Shown one piece after another: positions 50,535 to 64,000 of a stretch of DNA of 64,000 nucleotides. The notes below the pieces were generated by a model, which saw nothing but the letters and a program-made list of their open reading frames with translations, searched no databases and was not told the origin of the DNA. The position numbers were made by a program, and so were the translations under genes. Every line of letters starts with the position of its first letter. Positions within the stretch are counted from its first letter, which is position 1. This stretch comes from Podarcis cretensis (Eukaryota). The DNA is taken from positions 36,456,001 through 36,520,000 of the forward strand of contig OX638161.1 of assembly GCA_951804945.1 (NCBI GenBank), given 5' to 3'.

Positions 50535-53500
50535 TTCTTTTCAATTGGCAACCCGCCAGCACAATTGATCTTGAGCAATTTGGGTTCAAATTGGGGAGGG
50601 AGAAGTAGGTCCTCCCCTTCCAGCGTTCCCAGTTGCTTCCTGTGATTTTCATGACCTCCAAGATTACCAGCTCAGCCCTGTGTTATGTTCCCTGCACACA
50701 CACCCAGCTCCATTATCACATCCACTCAACAAATAGATGCTTTTTTGGTCAGCCCTTGCTTTGTGTCAGTCCCCCATCTCCTTCCATGTTTTCTCCCTTA
50801 CTTGTATCATTCTGTCCCACAGTGACTGTAGGTGCTCTTCACATTCCTGACGCTACCATTTTGAAGGAAACAACAGCAGCAAAGAGTAGACTACCTTATT
50901 TTCAGTGACTAGTTGTAATGAAAATCCTACCAGTATTCTCCCTCCTACCCACCCTTGCCCTGCTGTTGTTGTCCTTTGAATAGGAAAAAACAAACCAGAC
51001 TTTAACCCAACTGACCTGGTATTAAATCCTTACTTAAACATGGACCCCATAAACTCCACTCCCCATCTATAAAATGGGAATAGTAATAATAAGCTACCTC
51101 TCAGGAGCGCAGTCAAGAAAGATTATGTTTGCTGTGAGCCTTAGGTAGGATGTAAACCTAAGTGAATAATGAGTCAAAAATAAATAAGCTGGGATGTGTT
51201 TTCCATTCATTCATTTTGGGGCCATTTCTTGTTTTAAAGCTGCCTGTGCAAACTCTCGAAGTTCAAAATGTGGTTTGACAATTCTGGGCAATAGTAGTTT
51301 CATGAGAAATTGCCACCAATGCAGTTAGTGCTTCTACCACTGCTCCTCAATTTCTCTTAAAGTGTTCTCATGACAAATCCCCAAACTATTTCAGGACTCA
51401 GGTGAAGCTAAAGAGAGGTTTGTTGGGGGACCAGCTTCAGAATATGAAACTATGCATTTAGAGCTTGATGGGAAATATTTATGTCCCTATAGAACTCAAC
51501 CTAGAATTTCAGTCTCTCTGCTGAAAAAACACAAATTATGTACTTTAAATAGGATCATTTATAATTTTGAATATTGTGAAAGTTGGCTATAATTGGATAA
51601 GGAAGCCAATGCAAGGGGGAGTCAGTACAGGATACAGGGATGAGGAACATGGATAGGATGTGGATAAGATTTCTTCCCTTTGTTGAAAGTCTCTGGACCT
51701 GCCCCTATTAGGCTTTGAGAGTTTGTCCTTCTGCACTTTTCTTCCAGAAAGAGGCTTATGAACTTGTATTTTTTTTACAAAAAGGAGGCTAAAAGGAGAT
51801 CAATTTCAGATTTCTGAAAAGTGGTACTACCAATATATTTGTTACAAATTAATCAGTTTAATAGGTTCTCATGGTCATTTATACATATTAGGATTCCCCC
51901 TTTTTTAAAAAAAACCAACAACCTTTACAACCACATTTCAGTCATCTGCATAGACAGAAAAGCTAGTTAGGGCAGGGCAGTTAGCTATTAACATTGGAAG
52001 GCATCATTACAATTTAGAATTTACAATTTAAACACTGGACTGCTGTCACTGATCAATCTGATTTCAGTACTGCTGGAAAACCTACCAATAGTTCTTATGA
52101 GACCTCTTCCATTTGCAGTCCTCCATCCTAAATTAGGCGAGAGCCAATCTTAGTTTTGCCCATCTCACTGTGGAAAGGTATGGGAGAACATTGCCCCTCT
52201 GGAGAGGAATCAGCAGCAACGTGTATTGAGTGTTTTATAACTGCTGGTCTAGCATCTGTCAGAAGCTGATCTTAGCAGCAGGCAGCCTCTCGAACAGGGA
52301 CAAGGTTGTGCCTGTCACAGCAGGGGAACAAGAGGAGGCAGCAAATGAAAGCTGACGAGGTATTTACTTCCACCGAGGGAGAGAACACGACAGATGTTTG
52401 AGGTGTTACACAGCAGGGAGAATCGGCAAGGAGCTGGCAAGGAGCAACTACAGAGAGCTCAAGGGAGCAGCGACTTGTCGGCTTGCCACTTGTCATTAGG
52501 TCCAAATCTTGACAATTATCTTTCTGGTCCACAGCTTTTGAGACATAAAATAGGTTTTGGTATAGGTATGATATTTTATTGGGAAGACTTCATTTGGCAT
52601 AACAGCATGCAGACCTTTGAATTGCACAGAATTCTTCATCAAGCAGAATTAAGGTTATTGCTTAGTTGAAGAAATTGTAGTCTATCAAGCAACTGAGTTT
52701 TAATCAGTCAGCTTGGCATATGATGACTAAAACAATAGCTTTGAAGAAAGGAAGTGTACTTCCTTTGGGTTTTGGTGGTGCGTGTATATGTTACAGCAGG
52801 CACTGGCGAATGGTTTTTCTCAAATGGTGTTGGTTGTGCACCATTTCAAATTATTATTATTTTAAGAAAACAGTTGTCTTACTAACTGGCAGTGTCTTTT
52901 TAGTCAACTAAAAAGGTTTTTAATTACTTAACCAATTAATCAATTTGCGGTTTCAGTCTTGGGCAGTCAGTGTCAGGAAAAGGAAGCAAAGGGACCACAG
53001 GTGCACAACAGAGTTCTTCTTGTCTTACAAGTCACATGGCTCATATAAATTGATGCAACAGTCAGTTTCCAGCAAAGGGCAGAGTCTCCCAGCTTTCCTG
53101 ACTAGCAAAACAAGCCTAAGGGCTGATCCACACTTACTTTTTGCCCTGTGCCTTCTTGGGCATGGATCTGCACTTTCCCTGTCTAAGAGCTCCCCCCCCC
53201 CCACTTTCCTCAGGAAAACCTGCTCCTTAATGCTGAACCAGAACAAACAGCAATTCAGGTTTTCCACAGGACTGTTTTCAGTGGTAAAGAGTGGGTTTTC
53301 GCAGGCAAAGTGCTGGGACAAAAAAAAAAGCACTCAGACATGGAGATTTAAAGCACAGACCTGTGCCTAGAAACGTGACACAAAAGGAAGTATGGATGAA
53401 CTTTGAGTTTCACCTGGTCCCCAACGCTTATTGGTGAAAATACCAGGACTGTCACCAAGATTAAAGGAAACTCTGATGATTAACTATATGAGTTTTAGCC

Positions 53501-54288
53501 AATTAATAAATTTAGATTTGCACAAATTTGAATATAGGTAAAGCAGTATCTCTGAAGGGGATTTTTTTATATACATCAGATAGGTTTGTATCACAGCAGG
53601 TATTTTAGAAGAGAGATTTTCACATGCATACTATGTGACTATGTGCAATAAAAGTGGAAATGCCTCTTTCAAGTGTGTTTGCAATATGCAGTTGTTAAGG
53701 ATGCCTGCATTAAAACTAATACCTTTTTGGGGGGATGGGATCTGCTATCTGATTAATCAAAGCACCTTTTTAAACCAAGCAGAGATTTTTATTAAATGAT
53801 TAATGTAATTGTTTATTGATTAAACATTGTAGTGCTTAGGAAGAAATTCATTGCTAATGTGACTGATCTGCCTACAGTTCCCTCCATTTATCTGAAATAG
53901 GTAGCAGGGCATATTTTGAATCCATCCCTGATATCCTTGCAATTCAATGCATATCTACCTAGAAGCAAGTCTCACTTAGTTCAATGAATGCTGGTTAGTG
54001 TTGTCCGTTTTTCAGCCAAACCTGCATAGGTGCCCCTTTAACTGCTGTTTGTTCTGCAACCATTAGCAATTGATCATGCATCGCTGTTTGCCAAAAAAGC
54101 TTCACCTGCTGTTTTCTATTTATAAAATTTCTGTTAATGGGCCAGAAGGGTCCTTCTACACCCACCTCACCTCCGCTGATACTCAATTCTAGCTACTAAT
54201 GTAAGATTGCTGAGGAATAGGGTCATGAGAGACTGAGAGAAAGTTATTCCTGAAGTTCAGGAGTAGCCTACTCAAAAATATTTTCAAG

Positions 54289-54390
54289 GAGTCTTGTGAC
54301 ATCTTAAAGACTAACAAATGTCACTGAGCTCGAGTCCATGAAAGCTTATGCCATAATAAATTTGTTGGAATTTAAGGGACTACAAGACTC
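54289..54390. repeat. Penelope-like palindromic repeat; related pieces at about 33630-33840, 52480-52640 and 55890-56040
   Basis: gagtcttgtg.catcttaaagactaacaaat ... atttgtt....ttaagg..ctacaagactc inverted ends, with ccatgaaagcttatgcc. Confidence 0.6.
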
Positions 54391-57300
54391 TTAAATTGTT
54401 TTTGCTTCAAGAGATAATATAGCTACCCCTCTGGAATTTATAACAAAATACTTCGGCACTTCAAACACAATCCATCAGTAAAGGTTATGTTTACTGTACT
54501 CACAATTACAATGCAAGAACCCAAGTGCGCTGTTCAGCTAAATGTATTTTGTGTTTAACAAGGTAGCAAATTGTAATTCCCAACCTCTATTGAGTCTTTT
54601 GTCCTCTCATAGTCAGTGTTAGGCTTCAATCAGCTAAACAAACAAACGTACCCCAAAACTTTGTTCTTCTGATTTTTTTCAGGTCTTAATTAGAGCCTCA
54701 GGCTTTACTCAGTTAATCAACTAAATGCTTGGTTGATTAATATGGGGACTAGTATTAATTGGTGGAGTTGACAGTGAAGTGCATAATCATATTTTGATCC
54801 CGATTAGCTACTGTAATAGTGAGTAAAAAACAAAACACTCCTTTTGTTCTACCAAAATGTGTAACAGAGGGAGTTTTAGCAGAATTAGCTGCTTGTATTC
54901 TTGCAAGGGAAACTGTCCCTGGCGGATTTTTTTTATTTAATATCTGCCATCTGATTAAAATAAATCTTTGTTATTATTCATAGGAGTTTTAGTTCATTAA
55001 TCCATCAATCAAATATTTACATGTAGGAAAACCAACAGAGGCATACTTGTCACAGGAGGTATCACCTTGGAAAAGGCATTTCCTCTTTCTCATAAAGGAG
55101 GGAATGCACATGCTAAAATGGTGCTTACTTTTGGCAGTCTCTCTCTAGATTTACATTAAAGCTAATTTCTAAAAAATTAAAATCTGATGCTTAATAGAAC
55201 AGTGCATTTGATCAACAAATATTTGCACCTGATTACCATAGGTGGAATTCAGGGTGTCATAGTGGACAATTTTTGTTTTAATTGGGTAAAGGTCTACCTA
55301 GCCGTGTGTGTGCACTAAAGAAAATATCTACCTCTGTTCACTGTATTTGACCCCATTTTCCTTTCTTGGTCCTCCAAGCAAACATGGAGAAGCAGACAAT
55401 GTTGTCCCCTCCCCACGCTTGGCACACTTAAGCCAGTCTCAGTGGTCCCAGATATGCCAGAGTGCATTCTGGGATATCACCTAGGAGCACATGTGTGGGC
55501 GGAAATGTCCTTGGCAAAGAGCCACAGCAATTTTACCACCAGATTAAAAAGATGTCTGGACAAGCATGAATAAAGCGATGGTGTTATTGAAATACCACTT
55601 GGTAATTTATCACATCACAGCCTCAGGATAAACACGATGCATGAAAAGCAGACTTAAGGCCGCAATCCATTAACCAGGCACTGTGGAGAGAGATCACCTG
55701 TTCACTTATATGAGGCTCCTTTTTGGAGTTAAATGGGTTTTGGATTGCTGGATAAGAGAGAGAAGCAAAGGGCCAGAGGGGAGAAAGCCTATTGTTCATA
55801 AGCAATTGCTAATTAATCCCAGTGTATGTAAATTAAAAAAGGAAGGGAAACCATTGCTCTGATGTTCTTGCTTACTAGCTGAAGTATAAAGAGTGCTATG
55901 GCACCCTAGAGCCTAACAGCACAATCCTAACCACATTCACTCAGAATTAAGTCCTGTTGAGGACTTGGGCTTACTTCCAAGAAAGTGGAGTTAGAATTGG
56001 AGCACAACTAGTTTACTGTGGCGATAGCCTTTTTCATCAGCAGGCTGGTAGTTTTCCGATGTCTTGCCCTGAAGTAGCCCTTTCCATGTCACCTGTTTCC
56101 CCCTAGAAGTTCCTGTGCATTGGCCAGAGAACCTCTCTGTGTCGCAGATGGTTCTGGGGGATATCCAAGAACTCCGTATGCTCCAACTGCTTCTGTTTAT
56201 GATGGACAGCCCCTATTTTGGGTTAACTGGCCTTGGTAAATCAGTGTCCCTATTTTTGCCTTGTGTGCAGTGCACAACCTACCATATCACTCACTGCAGG
56301 TGCTGAGGTATACTTTGGGTTGTGATCCATTACTAGACAGTTTTGTGGTTTCAAATATATCTTTAATCAAAATAACAACCGCCTTGTGAAGGTCAAGCTA
56401 TTGCAGACTAAAGAAATAAAGCATGCAATGGACAGAGTAGAGTCTTCATTAACATGCAGTGGAGGGCTCTTCTGAATGAGGAGTATGACAAGCATGTTCC
56501 TGTTTTCATCTGTGAAATGCTTGGCACCCAATCAGTTCAAACTGGACATCAGCTGGGGCTGTTAAGCCAATCTGTTGCCCCATGCAAATGGAGAGTACCC
56601 TTCTAGAGTGCTTACAGCATCTTTCGTATGTTTGCAGTTAAGAGATTAGACCAGCTGTTCATCTGGGATTTTAATCTACAAACACGTTTTTAAAAATACT
56701 CAGTGTACTGTTCATTTGCATACACTTATTAAGCCCTAAGTATGTGAATATTCACTGACATATGCTTTTAAATCAAATATAATACTTAGGGCAAGACCAC
56801 TGCTGATTTACTTATAGACATTAATAAATCTCAATGCGCGCAAACTGTAACAAAATGTTGGAGGTGAGGTTTTAGTCAAGGCACACAGCTACAGAATCTG
56901 GTTTCAGTAGCAGGGCTCATTCCCGGAATACATTACAGTAAAATAAATAGAATGTCTGAGCATGTGCAGAGCATCAGTTCCACTGAATAGCTGCACAGTG
57001 TTATGCCAGATTTAATATTGGGGAGCAGAATTTTTAGGGCAGATAGTAGGGGGTGATTTGTGCCCTCATACCTCTTAGAGATTAAGTGCTCTTTGCATCC
57101 TAATCCAAATGTATGCAAATTAACAGGGGGAAATAGGCCACTGCTTTGTGCATCATTGTTAATCCAGATGTCTGCAAATGGAAATTTTCTTATTGCATAG
57201 CACTAAGGCTGAGCATGTGCGTGCGCACACACACAATAAAATAAAATTAAAACTTGATATGGACAGGGAGAGAGATCAAGCCGAGGACTGCTGGGTTAAA

Positions 57301-58619
57301 CATTATGCTAAGTAAACGAGGGAGTGGGTCTTCTGTTCAGCATAGTAATCATGTTTCCAATGGGGTGGTGTAGTCCATCCTGTGCCTTGCACTAGTCGCC
57401 TATCATATTCCCTGTAGCTCAGAATATAATGGATGTTCCTTCATGGGAGGGTAGGGGGAGAGAGAGAGCTGTGTTCCCAGCTGGTGGAAAATTTAGGACA
57501 TTGGTAGCCTGGCCAGCATGAGGAGACTGCTGAATACCATCTGCACCACAGAAAAATTCTTAGGCAAGACAGGATGGGGCTGATGGGAGTGAGTCACAGA
57601 ATCATAGGGTTTTATTTTGTTTTAAGCTCGTGTGCTGCTGTTTCCTCAGTGCTGCACACCATTATTTTCTGGGTCAGTGCAGCGGTGGAGCATATGCCCG
57701 CGCTGCCCAGGACGGGCGAGCTCCCAAGGGGTGTGTGGCATGGAGGGTGCCCTCCCAGGTGCGGGATAGCCACTCGGGTGCCCAGAGTGAGCCGCCCATG
57801 GCGGACATTTAGCACGCTGCCCACCCGCGACTCCCAAGCCTCCCCCAAGCTGTCAAAATGAGGGGGAATGGTACCGGCAAAGCGGCACAGCTCCCCCCCT
57901 TACCCGTGGGTGGCATGCTGAATGTTACCCCCCTCAGTGAGGGCACCCAGGGCGGTCTGCCCCCACTGCCCCCCCTTCCTACACCCCATGTTCTTGATGT
58001 GTCACAAGGGAGGCCTGTTTGATTCCTGACCAATGCTTTGGCCATTTTAGGGAAGGTGCTACAGCTAAGTGGTAGAGCTCACAATTTGCACACATAGCCC
58101 AGGTTCAGTTGCTAGGATCTCCTGTTAAAAGCACAGCTTTTCTCTTCTTATTTAACCATTATTTCTAGATTGCCTCCAAACAAAAACATCTACAAGATGC
58201 TGTATGTTACTGGCTTTTATTATATTCCACCTTTCCTCTAAGGTGGTCAAGGCAGCAGACAAGCCACCCTTATTTTCTTCATCACCACCATCATCATCAC
58301 AAAGTAGGGCTGTGCTGACTAATAGTCACTGGCTCAAGGTGAACTCATTCTTCAACTGGGATTTGAGGCTTCCCCAATGCCAAGTCCCAACAATAGTACC
58401 TTACTGAGGACATTGCTAAATAATTTTGTAGCTCGTTCAGATGGACTGGGAATAAAGCAAGCCAGCAAGCAGCAGTGAAAATGACGTGACAGAGATAAGC
58501 ACTGCTGGAGTCTACTGTCCCAAATCAGGATAAGCGTAGCAGGAGATCACCTGCCTGTTTTAACAAGAAATTAATTACAAGCCAAGTAATAATAAATAAA
58601 ATATGCAAGCAGCCTTGTT

Positions 58620-58650
<31 letters not shown>

Positions 58651-59308
58651 GCCACATTTATTAAACAACAGCACCATCCAGTCATAATTAAGTAATAATA
58701 AAGCAATGAAAATTATAGCTGTAGTTTAAAAACAGCTTAGAATGATTGAGGCAGAAGCCTGCTCTGTCATTAAAAATGACATATTAATGGCCCTCCACTT
58801 CCTCTCTGAAGCCTGCACAGAGAATTATTCCCCACCACTTTTATCCTCATAAACCACACAGTCAGTTAGGTTAGGCACAGAGATAGTACCGCCTAATGAA
58901 TTCCGTGGTTAAGTGGGGATTTGAACCCAGGTCTCTCTCATCTACGGCAAGCGTCCTAACCATGACATCATGCAGATTTACCTCTTAGTGGTAGTGCGTT
59001 AGAAGCTAAAAGCTAAAAAAGCAGGACTCCTGAGGGAGGGAAACCCAATGTATCAGGACAGGTGAGTCTGGGCACCAGGAGTCCTGAGCTCAGGTTGGGA
59101 GATGGGCAATAGAGGGGTGAGGGGTGGGAGAGGGAGAGGGGTGTTTCACAGCTGTGCCTTCCTCTACTTCATCACATGCCCATCTTCAGTGCCTCCTCCT
59201 CACACATCCTCTGTCTGTTTCTCCTATCCCCTTTTCATTTCCATCCATTGCTCCTACCCCCTATCCTTCCCCCTCTACCCCACTGCCCACCAAACCCGGG
59301 CCCCATAG

Positions 59309-59406
59309 GCGCCCGCCGCCTGCCGCAGCCAGCATCAGACTCCTCTGCCACCTCCTGGTACCTGCATGACTACAATGCCAACGCGGCCCCCTGGAAGCAT
59401 GAGTAG
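59309..59406 (+). CDS. KCNC3: Kv3.3 coding exon 4 with stop (exon continues to a donor after 59429)
   Basis: Long pyrimidine tract plus ccccatag|; phase-compatible GARRLPQPASDSSATSWYLHDYNANAAPWKHE*, resembling the mammalian Kv3.3 ending DLNANAAAWISP; TTG|gtgagt donor. Confidence 0.8.
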
Positions 59407-60610
59407 GATGCCTGGAATGCAGGGAATTGGTGAGTAGGCTCCCTACATCACCCCACTCCCCACCCCATTACTCACTCTTGCAATTTAGTCCTCCTTGTCG
59501 CTTGCCTTCCCTGCAAAACTCGCCACCATTGACCACTTTGCAGCTCCCCTCCTCCAGCACCTAGAGTTACCAGCTGCATTTCTAGTAGGGCTCAGATGAA
59601 GAATAAAGCAGTTGAAGTGAGGAACCAAAATGTTCCACCCATAGTTGCATGGAGAGGAAAGCAAAAATGAAAAATGCCAAGAAAGAAACGGAAGCAGCCA
59701 TTTTGGGGCTCATTGGAGAATGCAGGAGAATGAGGTCATACTAGAACCTGCTGGATCACTACTAACCTATGTAGCATCTAGCTGGATCCTCAGGATTTCC
59801 CTGGAGGAAGAGGACTGGGCTTTATTGGTTCCCCCTGGTGTGGTGGGCATAGTAATGTCAAAATAAGGCCCCTAAAAGCATGCATAAATAAACAAATTAA
59901 ATAAATTTGCACATTTATATAGGTTGCAGGTTTCAATCCACCCCCCAGTTAGTGTTGCTGCATTGAAGCTTCTTGGCACAGAATGCTGCTCTCCATTTTT
60001 ACTGCAGACTACACATAACGCTGAGTCTCTGAGGCAATTCCACCAATGCTACCTGTAGGGTTTAAGGGAAGCCCTGTTAGATCTTCCCAAATATGGTTTT
60101 CCTTCTCCTTCTTTTTCTTGTGCTACTGCTGCCATTCAACTCTTCTTTCTGAAGGAGTTCCAGGTGGTCGTTCAACACCATCAAAAACGGATCAGAATTC
60201 TAGTCAACGATTTCTAAGCTGCTGATCCTCTTTTGTCTGTCCTGATCCTGAATCAACAGCCAATTTCACTGAACGATTTCTAAACTCCAGTATTAGGAGA
60301 GAAACTTCTCACATGGCATGACTTTGTTACCTGGCATAGGGCGGAGGCAACTGGCTGGTTCTGCCCCCAGCACCCTGCTTCACTTTGGTTCCTGGCAGTG
60401 GCACTAGCCTCGTATACCATGCTCACTTGCTGACTGGCATATCTGACGGCAGGAATCCTGCTGGGGAAGTGAGTGAGGGCATATGAGGGGGACGCCCCTT
60501 TAGCTCTTGTTGCCTTATAAGTGCACATGCTGGTGAACACCATGGAGAGGAGGGGGGCCACCCACCAGCCTCTCTCTGGCACTTGCTTGCAGGGGTGTTA
60601 CACTCTTGGG

Positions 60611-60746
60611 CAGGCATAGGCAAACTCCGGCCCTCCAGATGTTTGGAACTACAATTCCCATAATCCCTGACCACTGGTCCTGTTAGCTAGGGATCATGGG
60701 AATTGTAGTCCCAAACATCTGGAGGGCCAGAGTTTGCCTGTGCCTG
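60611..60746. mobile_element. Young palindromic hAT-type MITE
   Basis: Near-perfect long TIRs (caggcataggcaaact... / ...agtttgcctgtgcctg) and perfect 8-bp TSD ctcttggg at 60603-60610 and 60747-60754. Confidence 0.9.
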
Positions 60747-62639
60747 CTCTTGGGCTTACCTGTTGGTGACATAACAAGCCACTGTCATCAGGCAAACCTG
60801 TTCACATGCAGGCACAAATCACAGAACCATAGAACTGTAGAGTTGGAAGGGACCCTGAGGGTCATCTAGTCCAGCCCCTTGCAATCTCTCAAGTGAGGGT
60901 AGGCACTAGAAGGCATTCAGAAGAGCCTGCTCAGGCAGCCCCTAAAACCTGGATCCAGCCCCACTTCTCTTGAACCACTTTCTCCACCTCATGCATCAAT
61001 TTATAAACCCGTATTACTTCAAATTTCCATGGAAGGAGGGAGGGCTCTGCCTGTGTGATTTGTGCAAAGCTGTTTAGCCCTGCCTTTCTCAAAATCCAAA
61101 ATGACATGGTGATTGGAATGAACTGAAACCTGTCCTTGAACAGACACTGCACACAGCTCCCCAGAGGCCCTGCATATGTGTGAAATGCATTTAGCATACA
61201 GTTACACAAAAAACACCCCCTTCACTGAGCTGTGAGAAATTCTGGAGGCAGCACCAGTGGGCTTAATTTCCTTTGGATAGGAAAGCACTGGTATAGGTTC
61301 ACTAAGAGTGCCTTGGTAATATTTGTTTGACAAATATACCAGCAGAATATAAGTGGAAGCGAGCAGGCACTGCTACAGGGAGAGCATCTTGGGCAACCCC
61401 CAGGCTCCATCACTCATTTCAATGAACTCCACATAGAAACCATTTGCTCTGAGCCTTCTGGACTGCTACTTTGTGGTCGCTCGCTCTTTTTACACACACA
61501 CACACCAGTCCCACTGTTCACCAGAAAAAGCATTACTTTCTTCAAGTTCTGATAGGTATCTCAGAGCGCTTCCAAACTGTCACCATTTTGGGGTAGGATT
61601 CAGTCACATACTGGCTAATTCAGGCTGTGCAATTATAGTTGCTTGGGAAGTCTTGCACAACAAACCTGCTGCCCCACCCCGCCCACCCCCAAAAACGGAA
61701 AGTGACAGAAAATTACACTGGAAACTTAGGGATAACACTTGCTTGACACAGCACTATCTATTCTCCCCAAAAACAAATCAGGGGGTAAGTGCTGATAGAG
61801 TCTAATCTCTCAACAAACAAATCAGAATAAATGGTCATTAAACAGGTAGTGTAGAAGTAACCTTGTTCAAAGGACCAGAGAGATTCCTCTCCTATCTAGT
61901 GGCCTTCTCCTGACTAGTAGCGTCTGTTGATCAGCCAGCCATTGACCAGTCATCCTAGACTATTAATGAGAAGTACATTACAATGAAATGCTGATAGGTT
62001 GGCAGACCCTGTCATAGTATTGTCGAGTTGGAAGGGACTCCAAGAGTCATCTAGACCCCTAGATCCTTTTCACATGTACTACTGGCAAGCCAGGTCTATT
62101 ATTTTTAAAATCACAAATCAAGCTTAACAAAGTAAAAAAACAAAAAACGAAGAGCCCCTACCCCAAGGAGCTTACAATCTCAATTTTGACAGTGAGAAGG
62201 ACAAAGGGGAGAGGCAAGGCAAGAAAATATGAATGCGAGTATATGCAGTTATGTGTTCTTAGTCCCACCACTCAATGGGAACATTCTGTATAAGTGTGTA
62301 CCGGACTGCAGCTTAAGTTTCAGGTAGGGATGAGGTCCCTAAACCAGGCCCATCATGAAACAGCTCTGAATTCTGTTTGCTTTGAGGGGGGAGCTCTATA
62401 TTTCTACCCTTTTCCCCACCTTTCATAACTATAGGCACTCAGATGTCTTTACAACCCACCCACCCCTGTATCCCATGTGCTTGTGGCTTATTTCATATTA
62501 TCTGTTTTCATTTTCAGGGCAAATATTGCGCCTGTCCACAGAAGGGAACACGATTGGGGGGCCCCATAGCTCTGGATTTGAGGATGCCCATAGAGACACA
62601 ACAGGGTGGGGATGAGTGCAGGAGCTGTACTCCACAGCA

Positions 62640-62680
<41 letters not shown>

Positions 62681-63217
62681 AAGAATCATGCTCAGAAGAT
62701 GAAACTGAGAAATGGGTGTTGCTGGAGGAGTCAGCAGGGATGGTGAGGAAGGGGGATGGGGGGAATGAAGTGCACTTGGGAGTGTGGGCTTGATTTGGTG
62801 TAAGGCTAGAAGCATAAAAGGAAATAGGGATAGGTTAGCACAAAGGATAAGTATATTTGAACTGCACAAGGACCTATAAAGATGCTGGGCTCCCCTCGTG
62901 TTCTCCCCAAAGATGGGCTGCACCAATATTTGATTCCAATTAATGCCCCATTTCATACGTCTTGTAGGGTCCACCCTGTATTCTCGTAACGCCCCGACCG
63001 CGTGAGCCAGGTACGTAACTCGCTCCACACACCTTAGCCTGCTTGTTTTTTGCACCCAGGGGGAATATTTTCCATTTTCCACAGGGAGCCGTTTGGGTGA
63101 GGCTGACACCTCTTGCAGCCTCACCCCAGCGTCCAGTGCATGGGGGTGGGGTGGGAAAGTGGAGGAGAGCATCAGAAAGAATGCCTTCTTACACCAGACT
63201 TGTGAAAAAGACCATTC

Positions 63218-63497
63218 TAGGGTCTCCATACGTCCAGAATTTCCCAGACATATCCGGAATGCTGCAGTTGGAAGCAGTGTTCGGGCATAATCTGCTAAAA
63301 AAAAAAATGTGCCGGGAAAATCCAGACATATGGCAACCTATGTTGGCACAATGTTGTTTTTTGGTAATTTTCCTTTAAAAATAGCTCAAAAACATCCTTT
63401 CTTTTGTGAATTTGCCAAATGAAAATTATTCAAAAATAAAAATAAATAAATAAAGCACAACAACTGGATTTTCACTGTTTGAAATATGGCAACCCTA
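63218..63497. mobile_element. hAT (Tip100-like) non-autonomous element
   Basis: TAGGGTCTCCATA... / ...TATGGCAACCCTA terminal inverted repeats; no clear TSD. Confidence 0.6.
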
Positions 63498-64000
63498 GTT
63501 GTTTGCCTGTCTAATCTCCTTTTCTTATCCATTTGTGGTGTTAAAGAAACAAAAGCATCAATTTAGGTGAAGGTTGTATGCATGGTTGCTTGGATGCAGT
63601 TCTTAACTCACCCCAGATGACCAGGTGAATGACTAATTCTGCCTGCCCTTGAGGTTTCCTAGGATTAGCTACACACTCCCCCATCCCCAGCACCTTGGCC
63701 CTTCCTAAACTGCTGCCCAACGGGGCTGGTACCAAAAAGCCATTATTGCAAATCCTGTGGCTGCACTCCTCTCCCCATCTGTAGACAATCTCCACTATCC
63801 TGTTTCCTGGTGCAGATTGCCATGCATATGGAATTGAGACCTATGTGCAAAATCCTATTTAAAAGTGTGAAGGAGATAAAGGTGCACCTTTGTTGTGGTT
63901 GTAAAATCAAATTTTGTGTGTGTGTGTGTGTGTGTAAGTGAAGAAGAGGTAAGTGTGAAACTGGGCACCTGGTGAACATGTTCAAAAAGTGCTGCATGCC

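Noticed and set aside
52276-52359. Possible cassette exon ending in gag|gtattt
   Set aside because: The acceptor lacks a pyrimidine tract and the peptide has no recognisable homology
57574-57990. GC/CpG-rich ORF as a KCNC3 exon
   Set aside because: No Kv3 similarity or good splice sites; it looks like an inserted GC-rich repeat
25423-59406. Calling the channel KCNC4, KCNC1 or KCNC2
   Set aside because: MLSS...F start, exon-3 sequence, NANAA-x-W terminus and adjacency to napsin all favour KCNC3
1-64000. CRISPR arrays, operons, rRNA or other prokaryotic systems
   Set aside because: Eukaryotic intron-exon DNA; no regularly spaced direct repeats or rRNA-like sequence seen

Overview
Vertebrate genomic DNA, most likely a squamate lizard: its SINE/MITE repertoire resembles lacertid repeats, which is an inference. 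Two intron-containing genes lie on the + strand. (1) The last six coding exons (exons 4-9 by pepsin-family architecture, 2359-12953) of a cathepsin-D-like A1 aspartic protease. I call it napsin (NAPSA) by similarity and because NAPSA lies directly upstream of KCNC3 on the same strand in mammals. It carries a 17-aa insertion, four extra cysteines and a Thr/Ala/Pro-rich C-terminal tail. (2) The Shaw-family K+ channel KCNC3/Kv3.3, with a probable non-coding first exon ending at 18692 and coding exons 25423-26022, 40238-41171, 50014-50208 and 59309-59406 (608 aa). Its terminal 3'UTR exon is probably beyond the window. The rest is intron or intergenic DNA with tRNA-derived SINEs, CR1/L1 fragments, hAT-type MITEs, Penelope-like palindromes and microsatellites. 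The most notable candidate system is a KCNC3 5' leader arrangement (G-quadruplex, uORF, weak Met1, strong Met29) that could switch translation between an inactivating and a non-inactivating channel. Most ORFs in the supplied track are spurious. Repeat boundaries are approximate, and family comparisons are from memory, not database searches.
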